This document shows, in pieces, positions 28,141-39,187 of a stretch of 64,000 bases of DNA. Every line of letters starts with the position of its first letter. Within the stretch, counting starts at the first letter, position 1. A program made the position numbers and the translations under genes. Origin of the DNA: Candidatus Altimarinota bacterium (GTDB lineage Bacteria > Patescibacteriota > Gracilibacteria > UBA1369 > GCA-2718715); contig JBESAV010000001.1 of the NCBI GenBank assembly GCA_041242255.1, positions 64,001-128,000 of the forward strand. Reading direction: 5' to 3'. The notes under the pieces were generated by a model. The model was not told where the DNA came from. It searched no databases and saw nothing but the letters and a program-made list of their open reading frames with translations.

Positions 28141-29247
28141 TCACCCCCTCCACAAAATCAATCCTCCAGCCATAACCTTCATCGCAACCAAAACCAAAAC
28201 CCCATACACGATCCCTACATCAAGACTCACACCTACCAAAGGATTGATAAACAACCCAAACAAAGCCGCAGAAAAACTAACAGAAGAAATCACAGTTGTC
28301 CTCAACTTCTTTGGGGATGTTTTCAAGATCCAAGCATCCCGTATATTCCTGTAAACATTCTCTGAAAAAGAAAAAATCATCAAAGCCAACACACACAGTA
28401 TTGGCTCCAAAACTAAGAGCAATCCACAAGAAATCACCTGAAGCAACAACGTTAAAATCATAGATTTTTTTATACCTAGTCCTTCTTCAATCTTATGTGC
28501 ATAAAATGATCCAATAATCGAAAACACCTTTGCACATGCATACACAATACTAATTATAGCCAAACTAATACCTGAAAAAGACAGTGCTGATTGAAAAATC
28601 AGTTCACCTCGATATGACATAAATGAAAAAAACAAAACAATAGGAATCATTGAGTAAGCATATTTCTTAATATCCACTTTGCTATGTTCAACCTCTAATT
28701 CATCATCCTCCTCTTCAACATTTCCTACAAGAAGCATAGCAATCAAACCCAGCACTAACGAAATCAACCCAATCAAAAACCCAAACTTCAGATCACTAAT
28801 CATAAGAACTCCACTAACTGTCAACATACCAATAATTGTAGAGGATTCGTCTACTATACTGAGCCTCCCTAAACTCTTAGTCATATTCCCCTCCTCTCCA
28901 ACTAGATCATGTAAAAAACTTTCCTGAGTTCCAGAAAAGAAGGCCAGTCCTAGATTAAAAAGAAACTGACTTATAGCAAACAACCAAAAAGAATCAGCAA
29001 AATAAAGAACTCCAAAACTTACAATCGACAGGATAAACGCTAAACAAATTGTAAATTTCTTCCCAACTTTATCGGCCATATAAGAGCTTGGCACCTCAGA
29101 CAATAATATAGTCACAACACCTATAGTTTGAATCAAACCAATTTCAGCAAAACTCAATCCAACCTGATTTTGCCACAACAACAAAGTCGGAATAATCAAA
29201 CCATAAGCAAAATGCTGTAAAAATACTGAAGAATAAAATAATTTCAT
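28141..29247 (-). CDS. MFS transporter
   Basis: EVPSSYMADKVGKK motif A; multi-TM. Confidence 0.88.
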   Translation of the reverse strand: MKLFYSSVFLQHFAYGLIIPTLLLWQNQVGLSFAEIGLIQTIGVVTILLSEVPSSYMADKVGKKFTICLAFILSIVSFGVLYFADSFWLFAISQFLFNLGLAFFSGTQESFLHDLVGEEGNMTKSLGRLSIVDESSTIIGMLTVSGVLMISDLKFGFLIGLISLVLGLIAMLLVGNVEEEDDELEVEHSKVDIKKYAYSMIPIVLFFSFMSYRGELIFQSALSFSGISLAIISIVYACAKVFSIIGSFYAHKIEEGLGIKKSMILTLLLQVISCGLLLVLEPILCVLALMIFSFSENVYRNIRDAWILKTSPKKLRTTVISSVSFSAALFGLFINPLVGVSLDVGIVYGVLVLVAMKVMAGGLILWRG

Positions 29248-29256
29248 ATTTTCATC

Positions 29257-29685
29257 TTACAAGAACTTCACAAATATCAAACTATCCTGCCCCAAAATAT
29301 GTTTCTTCAACCTAGCCTCCACCTCAAAACCAATTCCCTTATAAAACTTCTCAGCTTCCCAACCAGCATTTGTCTCAAGCCAGATTTTCTTACAACTCTC
29401 CCTCTTGGCAACCTCCAAAACCTTATACATCAAAGCTCTCCCAACCCCTTGCCTCCTATACTTATGCCCAACCAATAAAGTCTCCACTTTCGCCAAATCA
29501 GCCTCGATCATCACCTCCACAATTCCCATAATACTACCTTCAGAATCCTCAGCTAAAAACCTATAAGTTCTCTTATCAAAATTTACCTTTCTCCCATAAT
29601 GTTCCAAATCAGCCAAAGGCCACTCCACACTTACAAAATCAGAAACCCTCTCATCATCTGGTTTAAATTCTATAATTCCAATCAT
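29257..29685 (-). CDS. GNAT acetyltransferase
   Basis: YRRQGVGRAL and FYKGIGF. Confidence 0.9.
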   Translation of the reverse strand: MIGIIEFKPDDERVSDFVSVEWPLADLEHYGRKVNFDKRTYRFLAEDSEGSIMGIVEVMIEADLAKVETLLVGHKYRRQGVGRALMYKVLEVAKRESCKKIWLETNAGWEAEKFYKGIGFEVEARLKKHILGQDSLIFVKFL

Positions 29686-29746
29686 ACACTTAACATATCA
29701 GATAAAAATATATAGTATTCAAGTTCACACAGTAAATAAATTAAAA

Positions 29747-30619
29747 TTACTTAACCTTCTTTTCCGATTCTTCACAAACTAAATCTAATTCTTGTTCTTC
29801 CTGCTCAAAATCCAAAACTATATTATTAGGATTCTCAGTACCTAATCTATCAAGATCTAATTCTACATTCGCTGCAGAATAAAATTCACTCCTGTAATCA
29901 TCTTCCTCTAAAAGAGATCCAGATTTATAAACAACATTTCGCCTTAGCATATGAACTAATCTCTCTTCATTTTCCAAATAACTGTTTAAGTTTTCCACTT
30001 CTAAACTGTAAGGCTCAATAGAATTATCACCTTTCATAACATCCAACAACTTTATTCTTTCATTTATACCATCTCTAACTAACGCCAAACTATCATTTAC
30101 CACCTCATCTAAAATTTCTAACTTTTCATCAAAAGGTAAATCATTCTGTAAAGCTTTATCAATTGAAATTTTATCTTTATATAACTCATTAACTGAAACC
30201 ATGAGTGGAATAAGAACACATGTTCCAAAAATAACACCTAGACCATACTCAATAGAAAACAGGCAAGTAGCAATAGAAAATATTAAACCTAAAAAGATTA
30301 CCATTTCCGCCTTACTATCTATTTCTGAATAAAAAACTTTCAATTCACTCGGCAAATATTTTAACACAAACTTCCAATCTGAATTTTCCATATTACCATC
30401 CCTAAAGTAATCACTATACCTTTTACTATAATTTCCGCCTTCAACACTCCTAAAAAACCCTCTATTATCAATCGTTCTACCATCTTTAGTTCTGAATATT
30501 TGATGAGCCTTTTCTATCTTTGCTAACCTTAACTGGTCTTTGTATTCTTCAGCTATCTCATCTGCAAATGTATCAAACAAAATATTGTAATCCTCCATAC
30601 TTAAAATTAAACTTCTCAA
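29747..30619 (-). CDS. Hypothetical membrane protein
   Basis: Central two-TM hairpin. Confidence 0.6.
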   Translation of the reverse strand: MRSLILSMEDYNILFDTFADEIAEEYKDQLRLAKIEKAHQIFRTKDGRTIDNRGFFRSVEGGNYSKRYSDYFRDGNMENSDWKFVLKYLPSELKVFYSEIDSKAEMVIFLGLIFSIATCLFSIEYGLGVIFGTCVLIPLMVSVNELYKDKISIDKALQNDLPFDEKLEILDEVVNDSLALVRDGINERIKLLDVMKGDNSIEPYSLEVENLNSYLENEERLVHMLRRNVVYKSGSLLEEDDYRSEFYSAANVELDLDRLGTENPNNIVLDFEQEEQELDLVCEESEKKVK

Positions 30620-30672
30620 AACATAAGCTCAAAAGAGAATTCTGTCAAGGTTACACATTCATGTGAATCTAT

Positions 30673-31560
30673 CTACCCCATCCCAACCAAAGTCTCAGCC
30701 AATACTCTATGACAATCCTTCACATGTGGTGCATCTTCTCTAATATCCAGCCCCACTGAATCATTCACCTCAATCAATCTTATTCCTTTAGGTGTATTCG
30801 CAAAATCAAAAGCCAGATTCCGATTCTCTGCCTTTTCGGCAAATATCTTCCGATCTATCTCCTTCGCCATATCCACAAATCTTTCAGGAGTATCATCAGG
30901 GTGCAAAACCTCCATATCTCCACCTAAAGCAAAATTAGCCACTAACTTTCCAGGCTTCGGAGTACGAAGCAAAGTCGAAACATGAATCCCATTATTCAAA
31001 GTTATCCTAAAATCATGAATACCATCCACGATTCCCTTAATCCCAACTGAACTATCCAAAAAGTCCTGAACAATATACCCCTTCTCAATATCTTCAGGCA
31101 CTTGCTCCATCAACTTATCTCTCTTCCTAATCACAACACCTCGACCACAAGCCCCAACATTAGGCTTCACCACAACCATTTCATCACTATTATATTTCTT
31201 CAAATTAGCCAAATAATCCTCCACAGTATCAACCACCACCGAATCCGGAGTAATCTCAGGCAAAGCCTCATATGTCTTCTTCTTTCCTTTCACAAATTCT
31301 TGCACAGACAAACTATTCAAAGCTGGCACATCATCGTACGGAAAAGCCCCTTTGTTATAGACTGCATCCGCCTTCACCTTCCCAACCTTAATCAAATCCA
31401 TATTCTCATTGAAAGTATAAGTATTCCTAAACCAACCATTACCAGCATAATTGGACTTATGACGCGCAATAAAGAAATTCGCCCCAGCATCCCAAACCTC
31501 CTCGCAAAGCTCTCTATACGCAGTCAAATAATACTTACTATGAAAAGGATAGCCAAACAC
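30673..31560 (-). CDS. RimK-like ATP-grasp ligase (paralog of 15750-16655)
   Basis: KPNVGACG, IVQDFLDSS, GIHDFR and IEVN; similarity extends upstream of the GTG. Confidence 0.85.
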   Translation of the reverse strand: MFGYPFHSKYYLTAYRELCEEVWDAGANFFIARHKSNYAGNGWFRNTYTFNENMDLIKVGKVKADAVYNKGAFPYDDVPALNSLSVQEFVKGKKKTYEALPEITPDSVVVDTVEDYLANLKKYNSDEMVVVKPNVGACGRGVVIRKRDKLMEQVPEDIEKGYIVQDFLDSSVGIKGIVDGIHDFRITLNNGIHVSTLLRTPKPGKLVANFALGGDMEVLHPDDTPERFVDMAKEIDRKIFAEKAENRNLAFDFANTPKGIRLIEVNDSVGLDIREDAPHVKDCHRVLAETLVGMG

Positions 31561-31713
31561 ACCTTTTCGCTTGAAAAAGACAACAACATTCTTCTTAAAT
31601 ATAATAAACTTGTTTAAATTTTTTCACACTATAACACATTTACCCATTTAATCAAAAATCATCAATAAAAGAATAATGTATATACTCAATTCTTTTATTT
31701 TAAAAACAATAAA

Positions 31714-32058
31714 TCACACCTCAGCTTTCTCACTTTTCTTAACAAAAGCCCAATAAAACCCATAACCTAAACTTCCATAAGTAAAAATCCCAAAAACAAA
31801 CATAGCACCTTCCCATGTCAAAAAATCTAGCAAATAAATCACTTCATTTCTTAAGTAAGCAAATGGATAATACGTATATAAACCATCAACCAGCGCCATC
31901 ATTGCAATCGGTGGATAACTCAAAATCTCAAACAAACCCTCCCCCGACGAAAATACCAATATAAACATACAGATAACCAAAGGCATATATATAAAAGTTG
32001 CTAGTAATTGCTTCCAAAACTTATTATCCATAATAATTATATTTATTAAACTTTTCAT
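31714..32058 (-). CDS. Hypothetical membrane protein
   Basis: Hydrophobic 114-aa ORF. Confidence 0.55.
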   Translation of the reverse strand: MKSLINIIIMDNKFWKQLLATFIYMPLVICMFILVFSSGEGLFEILSYPPIAMMALVDGLYTYYPFAYLRNEVIYLLDFLTWEGAMFVFGIFTYGSLGYGFYWAFVKKSEKAEV

Positions 32059-32117
32059 CTAACCCTATTGTTTGTAAGATTATAACAATATAGCCAAGAA
32101 TAGTTAAACCAAATCAC

Positions 32118-32483
32118 ATGTCTTCACTTAAGAAACCTCACAAACAAACCATTTTTATTGCCACAACAATCTTCCTTTTCTTCTTCTTCGCACCATTCTA
32201 CCACACCCCTGGAGGAAGAGAAGATCTACTGGAAACAGGTTATTCCGAATTCACTTACCCTGATGGTACCGAAATTTCAGTTTGGGAATATCATGAAGAC
32301 GCCACTTGGCCTTGTGATGGCTCATGCATTTATTACGACACAACCTGGGCACCATTCGGAGCCTTAGTCCGCAACCATAGTAAAAACGCCTTTTACGTAA
32401 CCCCACTTTGGAAGATAGAGATCGAAGACACAAGCAAACTAGGCTTCATCGCCCCACCTCTAAGCACACAAAGCCCTAGGTAA
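32118..32483 (+). CDS. Hypothetical exported protein
   Basis: N-terminal TM/signal; 121 aa. Confidence 0.55.
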   Translation: MSSLKKPHKQTIFIATTIFLFFFFAPFYHTPGGREDLLETGYSEFTYPDGTEISVWEYHEDATWPCDGSCIYYDTTWAPFGALVRNHSKNAFYVTPLWKIEIEDTSKLGFIAPPLSTQSPR

Positions 32484-32647
32484 TAACATTATTATTCTCA
32501 AAAATCAGAGCACAACCTTAAAAATTCAAGAGTATTAGATATCGAGCTAACTAAACATAACTCTAAAGAAACTCACAAACCAAACTAGAAGCTCACCCAA
32601 AGGATGAGCCTCTAAATCCAGAATTCCAAATTTAAAATTAATACAAA

Positions 32648-33751
32648 CTATTCAACAATAAACCCCTCACTCTTATCGGTTTCAAAACCTTCTTCTTCAA
32701 CATCTTCAGAATTATAAAAGAAATTTGGTCCCACCCCAGAGTATAAACCTGTAACCTCAACATCAGAAATACTAACCTGAATTCTTTCATCATATGATTC
32801 ATTAAAGTAAACCTTTACCTTAAAGTTATATGCATTATTAGGTGTAAAAATAGAGTCCAATTGGTCCATATAAAACCCAAAATTAATATAACTCTGTAGA
32901 CCATTCCTAGAAGAATAATCTCCCTGATCTACGTCAAAATCTCCAACCATAGTCTCAATCTTAACACCAGAAATCAAATCTTCAGGAATCTCCCTACCTG
33001 ATTCACTTACAAAGTTTACAACTAAACTATCTACGTCCATATTTTCACCATATGGAGCAAAACTAAATTCATATACAATTCCTTCTCTACCCTCAACCTC
33101 AATCAAATTTCTAGAACTACCAACTATAATATCCAAGTGCCCTTGATCATCAAGCTCTAAATTCTGGAAAGATTCAGCATCTTGCAAACATTCATTCACT
33201 TTAGTCACAGATGTAATAATTTCCTCACCAATCAAATCTACACCTTCATCATTGACCAATTCATCTCCCATATCAAACAAGACACTAAAGCTTTTATAAT
33301 CACCCTCAACCAGCTCAATATCCAAACCTTCAAAAACCAACGCATCTTCACCCTGATAATCCAACTCCCCCAATAACTCTAGGTTATCATCTCTATACAA
33401 ATATATTTTTTTAACTAGAGAAGTGGGTAGATCCTTCCCAGCGACAGCCATAGAAACAGTCAACTTTTCAACTTTTGTATCAGCTGAAGCTTCAAGAGTA
33501 AATTCATGCCCAAGTACATTCTCCTTCCCAGGTAAACCAACTTTCTTTCCAACTACTCCATACGAAACAAACACATTACACATCTCTTCTTTCATTTCTG
33601 GTGTAGTCGTTCCGAGATCGTTCTTTGAGAAATTCTCTTCCAAATTCCATATATCTCCCTGAGAAACTCTATCCTCACCACAAGCACTCATAGCCACCAA
33701 ACTTATTAAACCAGCCTTAACTACTTTTTCTCTATTAAAAATACCTTCCAT
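32648..33751 (-). CDS. Acidic beta-rich lipoprotein (surface/Ig-like)
   Basis: MSAC lipobox; beta-strand pattern. Confidence 0.6.
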   Translation of the reverse strand: MEGIFNREKVVKAGLISLVAMSACGEDRVSQGDIWNLEENFSKNDLGTTTPEMKEEMCNVFVSYGVVGKKVGLPGKENVLGHEFTLEASADTKVEKLTVSMAVAGKDLPTSLVKKIYLYRDDNLELLGELDYQGEDALVFEGLDIELVEGDYKSFSVLFDMGDELVNDEGVDLIGEEIITSVTKVNECLQDAESFQNLELDDQGHLDIIVGSSRNLIEVEGREGIVYEFSFAPYGENMDVDSLVVNFVSESGREIPEDLISGVKIETMVGDFDVDQGDYSSRNGLQSYINFGFYMDQLDSIFTPNNAYNFKVKVYFNESYDERIQVSISDVEVTGLYSGVGPNFFYNSEDVEEEGFETDKSEGFIVE

Positions 33752-33929
33752 AACTTAAACTTATATTAACTTAACGTACCGTAACACATACTGCAGATTC
33801 ATCAACTAATGACTTATAAAAACAGCAAATTCCTAAACATAATTTCCTAAAAACACACTTTTATATTACAATTAAAAAAACCCCTTTTTTTCGTTGTGGG
33901 GATATAATTCAACGTGAGCAAAATCGCTC

Positions 33930-34388
33930 TTATGCTACTTCATACACTTTCAACAGTGTTGCAATCTTAGCCTCTCCCTGAACGCTACGCTTGTAATCAC
34001 GGCGTTGACGGGGAGTTAACTTACGACCTGGTCGAGACAAACAGGCTTTGCATAACGAGTCATCATCCTCGTCAAGCTGACCTTCCACAACGGCTAGGGC
34101 CAACAACCCTTGCAACATTTCACTGTATTTATCTTCAGGTACACGACTTGCTATCGCCTTCTCAAGGCTAGCACGATCATTCGGAACTCCCATAAAATCT
34201 GCCAGACTTTTAAAATCTGACTTTTGAATTTCCTCAATAAATTTTTCGTCAAACAGTGAAAACATCCAGTTACTACATTCGGGGCTGCACTCCATTTCAA
34301 AGAGCATACTAATATGCCCAAATGTTCTGTCATACTCCCGATCACTTGTGATGATCGCAAAGTCTCGAGCCACATCAACCATGTCCAT
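33930..34388 (-). CDS. Hypothetical protein, compositionally atypical
   Basis: Strong AAGGAGGT Shine-Dalgarno; visibly higher GC and CG-rich codons than neighbours. Confidence 0.7.
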   Translation of the reverse strand: MDMVDVARDFAIITSDREYDRTFGHISMLFEMECSPECSNWMFSLFDEKFIEEIQKSDFKSLADFMGVPNDRASLEKAIASRVPEDKYSEMLQGLLALAVVEGQLDEDDDSLCKACLSRPGRKLTPRQRRDYKRSVQGEAKIATLLKVYEVA

Positions 34389-34796
34389 CGTTTACCTCCT
34401 TTTTGTTTCCTAGCCATAGAAATAATTGCATAGAATTATGCAAGTTTTTGATGACTAGACTTAGCAAGTAGCATATCTGAATTTAAACTTATTATAATTT
34501 ACAACAGTAGATTAACTACATTGCAAATTAATATTTATGTTAAATACAGACAAATACTTGCTAAAACTTTATGTAAATGATCTAAGCTCACACAGAGTAG
34601 CATCAAAACTAAGTTTGTCAATAATTAATGCTTAAGCTATCACTTTATAAAAATTGAAATTTACATATTCATAAAAAACTATAAATAAAACATTACTAAA
34701 TTCTCTAATAAATTTAACCCTCATACATTTGACTATTTTATGCTCTTTTATGAGTATTTGTATGTATAAAGACGATGCAAACATTCATCCAATCAC

Positions 34797-35126
34797 TTAT
34801 ACAAACGGGCTAAAACCAATAAAACTAACCACACCAAACAAAAATGGAACCCCAATATTCAAAAGATAATACATCACCTTATAAACTTCTCCGGATAAAC
34901 CTCTTTTCATAGAAATTTTCTCAATAAAATACAAAACCAAAAAAGAAAACATACTATATCCCAGGACCAAACCTAACATTATATACCATAAGTAAGTAAT
35001 CCATCCTAAAACCATTGGAACTCCTGCAAAAACATTCCACATTCCCGCATCAAAAGCTATACCTAACGATCCTCCCATCACAAAAGCAACCAAAACTAAT
35101 CCAAACATTTTCAAAAACTTTTTCAT
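34797..35126 (-). CDS. Hypothetical membrane protein
   Basis: Three hydrophobic segments. Confidence 0.6.
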   Translation of the reverse strand: MKKFLKMFGLVLVAFVMGGSLGIAFDAGMWNVFAGVPMVLGWITYLWYIMLGLVLGYSMFSFLVLYFIEKISMKRGLSGEVYKVMYYLLNIGVPFLFGVVSFIGFSPFV

Positions 35127-35243
35127 GTAAATTATTAAACAACTAAATTTAATTTACACATACCACCCAACATCTCCAAAATATTCACCTCGCCAAACCC
35201 CCACCCAAACCTATAAAATAAACTAAATCAATAAATCAACAAA

Positions 35244-36404
35244 ATGCCCCACCTAAAAACTACCTCCATCCTCCTAGCAACACTCTTCCTCACCGCCTGC
35301 TCCACCCTCCCTTCAGAACTTCCCCAAAGCACCCCAAGCGAACAACCACCAAAAGAAATCACTTCCCAAGAAGACATCCTCACAGATCTTTCTAACCCAT
35401 GGGGCCTAACCTGGCTAAACGATGGCCAAATGCTCATCACCGAACGTGCAGGAACACTCTGGCTTTTCAACCCAACCGATAATTCTAAAACCCAAGTCCA
35501 AAACCTACCTCAAGTCTTTGCTCAAGGACAAGGCGGACTACTCGACATAAGCACCGACCCTATAAACCCAGAGGAAGGTTGGATCTACATAACCTACTCA
35601 GCTGGAACTCAAGACGCTAACCGTACTCAAGTCGCAAGATATAAACTCAACCAACTCTCCAACCCACCCACTCTTCAAGATGAAGAAGTTATCTTCACCA
35701 ACAACGAATTCAAATCCGGAACCCAACATTTCGGATCAAGACTAGCTTGGCTTCCAGACGGAACCTTATTAGTTTCAGTTGGAGACGGAGGAAACCCACC
35801 ACTTAGATTCAACGGCAAACTCCAAAGACTCCAAGCTCAAGAACCAACTACCCTTTTCGGAAACATAGTTCGCATTAACCCAGACGGTTCAATCCCAGAA
35901 GACAACCCATTCCTTGATCAAGAAGATTACCAACCTGAGCTTTTCACAATAGGACACAGAAACATCCAAGGGCTTGCTATAGACTCAGCTACAGGACAAA
36001 TCTGGTCTTCCGAACACGGATCCCGAGGCGGAGACGAGCTAAACCTCATTCAAGCTGGAGAAAACTTTGGTTGGCCACTCGTAACTCATAGTCGAGAATA
36101 CGTAAGCCTCCAACCTATCTCAGAATTCCAAACCCTAGAAGGCTATACCGACCCAAAACTAGTTTGGTCAGAAACAGTAGCTCCATCTGGACTTGCTGCG
36201 CTAAACAACACTATTTACGCTGGGGGCCTAGTCACACAATCTCTTCACGTCATAACCGTAAATGAAAATTACGAATTCCAAACCGAAGAAATCACCCCAA
36301 TCAACCAAAGAGTTCGTGAAGTAGAGATCGGACCAGAAGGAGACCTTTGGTTGCTAACCGACGAATCACCAGATGGAAAACTCATTAAACTCACACTCAA
36401 CTAA
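35244..36404 (+). CDS. PQQ-dependent sugar dehydrogenase (GSDH/YliI-like) lipoprotein
   Basis: LTAC lipobox; GQGGLLD, HFGSRL, GHRNIQG, EHGSRGGDELN and NFGWP. Confidence 0.92.
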   Translation: MPHLKTTSILLATLFLTACSTLPSELPQSTPSEQPPKEITSQEDILTDLSNPWGLTWLNDGQMLITERAGTLWLFNPTDNSKTQVQNLPQVFAQGQGGLLDISTDPINPEEGWIYITYSAGTQDANRTQVARYKLNQLSNPPTLQDEEVIFTNNEFKSGTQHFGSRLAWLPDGTLLVSVGDGGNPPLRFNGKLQRLQAQEPTTLFGNIVRINPDGSIPEDNPFLDQEDYQPELFTIGHRNIQGLAIDSATGQIWSSEHGSRGGDELNLIQAGENFGWPLVTHSREYVSLQPISEFQTLEGYTDPKLVWSETVAPSGLAALNNTIYAGGLVTQSLHVITVNENYEFQTEEITPINQRVREVEIGPEGDLWLLTDESPDGKLIKLTLN

Positions 36405-36445
36405 ACACATATCTCGCAAATCTAATCACAAAAATTAATCCCAAC

Positions 36446-37681
36446 ATGTACTACATAGCAAACCTACTGATACTAAGCACTATATTCTTTCTATTCCCAT
36501 GGATAGAAAGAATTTCACATAGACTAAAGATATCTTACTCAATCCCACTTATAATCATAAGCACCCTAGCCTTCTTCCTAACCTCAAACTTCCACATTTT
36601 TGATCCAATCCAAAACAAAGCCATCCTAACCCATTTCACTGAGCTAATTGTCATAATATCTTTAATGAATGCAGGCTTAAGCATAGACAAAAATTTCTCA
36701 CTCAAAAGATGGAAAATCCCATTCATCCTAGTAACATTTGGAATGGGATTATTCATGATAGGAACATTCTTCTTTAGCCAAAGTTATTTAGAAATACCGA
36801 TTGCCTCAGCTCTCCTACTCATGAGTGTTTTAGCACCAACAGATCCAGTTTTGGCTTCAGACGTACAGGTTGGACCACCTAATGACGATGCCGAAACAAG
36901 TAAAACCAAATTAAACTTATCTTTAGAAGCTGGTTTAAACGATGGACTAGCCTTCCCTTTTGTATGGCTTGCCACAAACTACGCCAATCACTCTCATAAA
37001 GTTGGTTGGTTATCTGATTGGGTAATAAACGACCTATTCTACAAACTACTCATAGGAGTAATTGCGGGAATAGTTATAGGAAAACTAACCTCATTTTTAT
37101 TCTTCAAACTTCCAGGGGTAATGGACGCCAGAGAAGTCAGATACGGCTTTGTAGCACTTTCAGCAACCTTACTCACATATGCCTTCACTGAGTTAATTGG
37201 TGGGTATGGGTTCATAGCAGTCTTCATCGCAGCTATCGCCATAAGGAATTACGAACTTAAACACAACTACCATAGAAGACTTCATGAGTTCAACAGCCAA
37301 GTCGAACACACCCTTCTCATAATAGCCCTAGTCTTCCTAACAGGAACAGCCATCACATATTTCCAAAATGGATTTGACTACAAGTACATAATCTTCGCTT
37401 TAGTTCTAATATTCATCATAAGACCTATTTCAGCCTTTTTATTCCTACCCAAAAACAAAAAAGCACTCAAAAGCAACCTCCTAATATCATTCTTTGGAAT
37501 AAAAGGAATAGGCTCCCTATTCTACTTATCCTACGCCTCCAACAAAGCCAACTTCCAAGGTTTATCAGAACTCTGGACAATAACTTTCACAGTCATGATT
37601 GTATCAATAATAGTCCACGGCCTAACCGCTCCATCATTTTTCCACGAAAAAATTCACGAAAATAGTAAAACAGAAAATTAA
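36446..37681 (+). CDS. Cation:proton antiporter (CPA1/NhaP-like)
   Basis: LAPTDPVLA, EAGLNDG, FFGIKGIGS and SIIVHG. Confidence 0.9.
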   Translation: MYYIANLLILSTIFFLFPWIERISHRLKISYSIPLIIISTLAFFLTSNFHIFDPIQNKAILTHFTELIVIISLMNAGLSIDKNFSLKRWKIPFILVTFGMGLFMIGTFFFSQSYLEIPIASALLLMSVLAPTDPVLASDVQVGPPNDDAETSKTKLNLSLEAGLNDGLAFPFVWLATNYANHSHKVGWLSDWVINDLFYKLLIGVIAGIVIGKLTSFLFFKLPGVMDAREVRYGFVALSATLLTYAFTELIGGYGFIAVFIAAIAIRNYELKHNYHRRLHEFNSQVEHTLLIIALVFLTGTAITYFQNGFDYKYIIFALVLIFIIRPISAFLFLPKNKKALKSNLLISFFGIKGIGSLFYLSYASNKANFQGLSELWTITFTVMIVSIIVHGLTAPSFFHEKIHENSKTEN

Positions 37682-38391
37682 CTACAAAACTTCTCAAAAT
37701 ATTCCTCAAACACATCCATAGTTCTCCCATAAACTTTTTCAATCCTTTCCAAAAGATTCTCATCCTCTCTCATTTTATGAACCATCTTTTCTATCTTTTT
37801 TGAATTCTCATCTGAAACATTCCACTCATCCCACAAAGCCTCAATATCCTTAACAGTTACATTCGGGACTTTCATATAAAAGTTCTTATAACTCAAATTA
37901 TATCGCCGCATAATATCCGGATCTTCACCATTCGGAGTCTCCACATAATCCAACCCATCTAAGTATTTGTGAATATCAAAACTAACCACATCAAATTTAT
38001 CCTGAATAATCTTCAATGCACTCCTAACTATCCAATCCTCCTCCCAGGTCATCTCTGGGTTACCATTTTTCAAAATATCCTCAAACATTTCTGTATGAAC
38101 ATCCTGCTGAACTTTGTCATACAACACGTGGGTGGCCCAACCTTTCTTGAAATCATCATCCCACCAAAAAATCCTCTCCATCTGAGATTCATCATGGGTT
38201 AAACCTCTATCAACTCCAGTCACATATCTGCTATCTGGATAAATACACCCAGCCACATACTCCTTATAGTCTTTTACCCTAAAACTATCCCTAACCTCCA
38301 TTGCAAATCTAATATGTGTTCCTTCCAAAGCCATAACAAACCATAAATAAGTGCATATATTAAAACATATTCCCACCACAAAGCAAACCAC
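37678..38391 (-). CDS. Hypothetical protein, possibly zinc-dependent phospholipase C-like
   Basis: MALEGTH, GCIYPDSR and GWATHVLYD; probable start at MALEG. Confidence 0.5.
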   Translation of the reverse strand: MVCFVVGICFNICTYLWFVMALEGTHIRFAMEVRDSFRVKDYKEYVAGCIYPDSRYVTGVDRGLTHDESQMERIFWWDDDFKKGWATHVLYDKVQQDVHTEMFEDILKNGNPEMTWEEDWIVRSALKIIQDKFDVVSFDIHKYLDGLDYVETPNGEDPDIMRRYNLSYKNFYMKVPNVTVKDIEALWDEWNVSDENSKKIEKMVHKMREDENLLERIEKVYGRTMDVFEEYFEKFCS

Positions 38392-38425
38392 AAATAGTTA
38401 TCATAACTTAAAACAGAAAGTAGCT

Positions 38426-39139
38426 CTACAAAACTCTTATCTCACTATTCATCAAATCATACCAATCTTTATAACCAGCACTAGATGGATGAAAATAATC
38501 ATCTGCATAAAACTTATCTGGCTCTAGATAAAACGGGTCATTCTCCAACTCCCGAAACATATCAACATATTTAACATTTTCAAAACCTTGAACAACATCT
38601 AAATACATCGATCTAAACTTTTTAGTCCTATGAGTATAGTAAGGCCTCACAAACCATGGAAATAATTTACTCGTACCAACATTACCCCCATGAAAAACAA
38701 TAACTTCAGGAGCCACCACACTTATCTCCCTCAAAATATTAACTAAATTCTCTTCAACCTGTTCAATATCAATCAATCTCACAATATCATTACCACCTAT
38801 TTGCAACACCACCAAACTATACTCATCCAAATTTTTCTCTCCTAATAAACTCAAAACATCTTCAGTCTTGTAACCATTTACTGCCAAATTCTCTATCATA
38901 ACATCCGGATACTCAGCACCCAAATACCCTGCCACACTCTCTGCAGGGACAGAGGCACCTGTCCCAACAGCTGAACTATCTCCTAAAAACAATACCTTCT
39001 TCCCATCACCATCTTGCTCATATGCATTTGCTTTCTCTGCAATCCCAACTCCTATTTCAATAAACCTTACTGTCCTTTTGTACTCATAAAATCCATACAG
39101 TAAAACCAACAACAAAGTGACAATTAAAACCTTATACAT
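38426..39139 (-). CDS. SGNH/GDSL hydrolase
   Basis: GDSS, IGGND and DYFHP. Confidence 0.9.
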   Translation of the reverse strand: MYKVLIVTLLLVLLYGFYEYKRTVRFIEIGVGIAEKANAYEQDGDGKKVLFLGDSSAVGTGASVPAESVAGYLGAEYPDVMIENLAVNGYKTEDVLSLLGEKNLDEYSLVVLQIGGNDIVRLIDIEQVEENLVNILREISVVAPEVIVFHGGNVGTSKLFPWFVRPYYTHRTKKFRSMYLDVVQGFENVKYVDMFRELENDPFYLEPDKFYADDYFHPSSAGYKDWYDLMNSEIRVL

Positions 39140-39187
39140 ACAATTTCTTTATTCTAAGTTTCATATTTACAATTTAAGCAACAACTA

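Noticed and set aside
26555-29685. Extension of the element beyond attR
   Set aside because: These genes lie outside the tRNA 3' half and show no boundary repeat or mobility gene.
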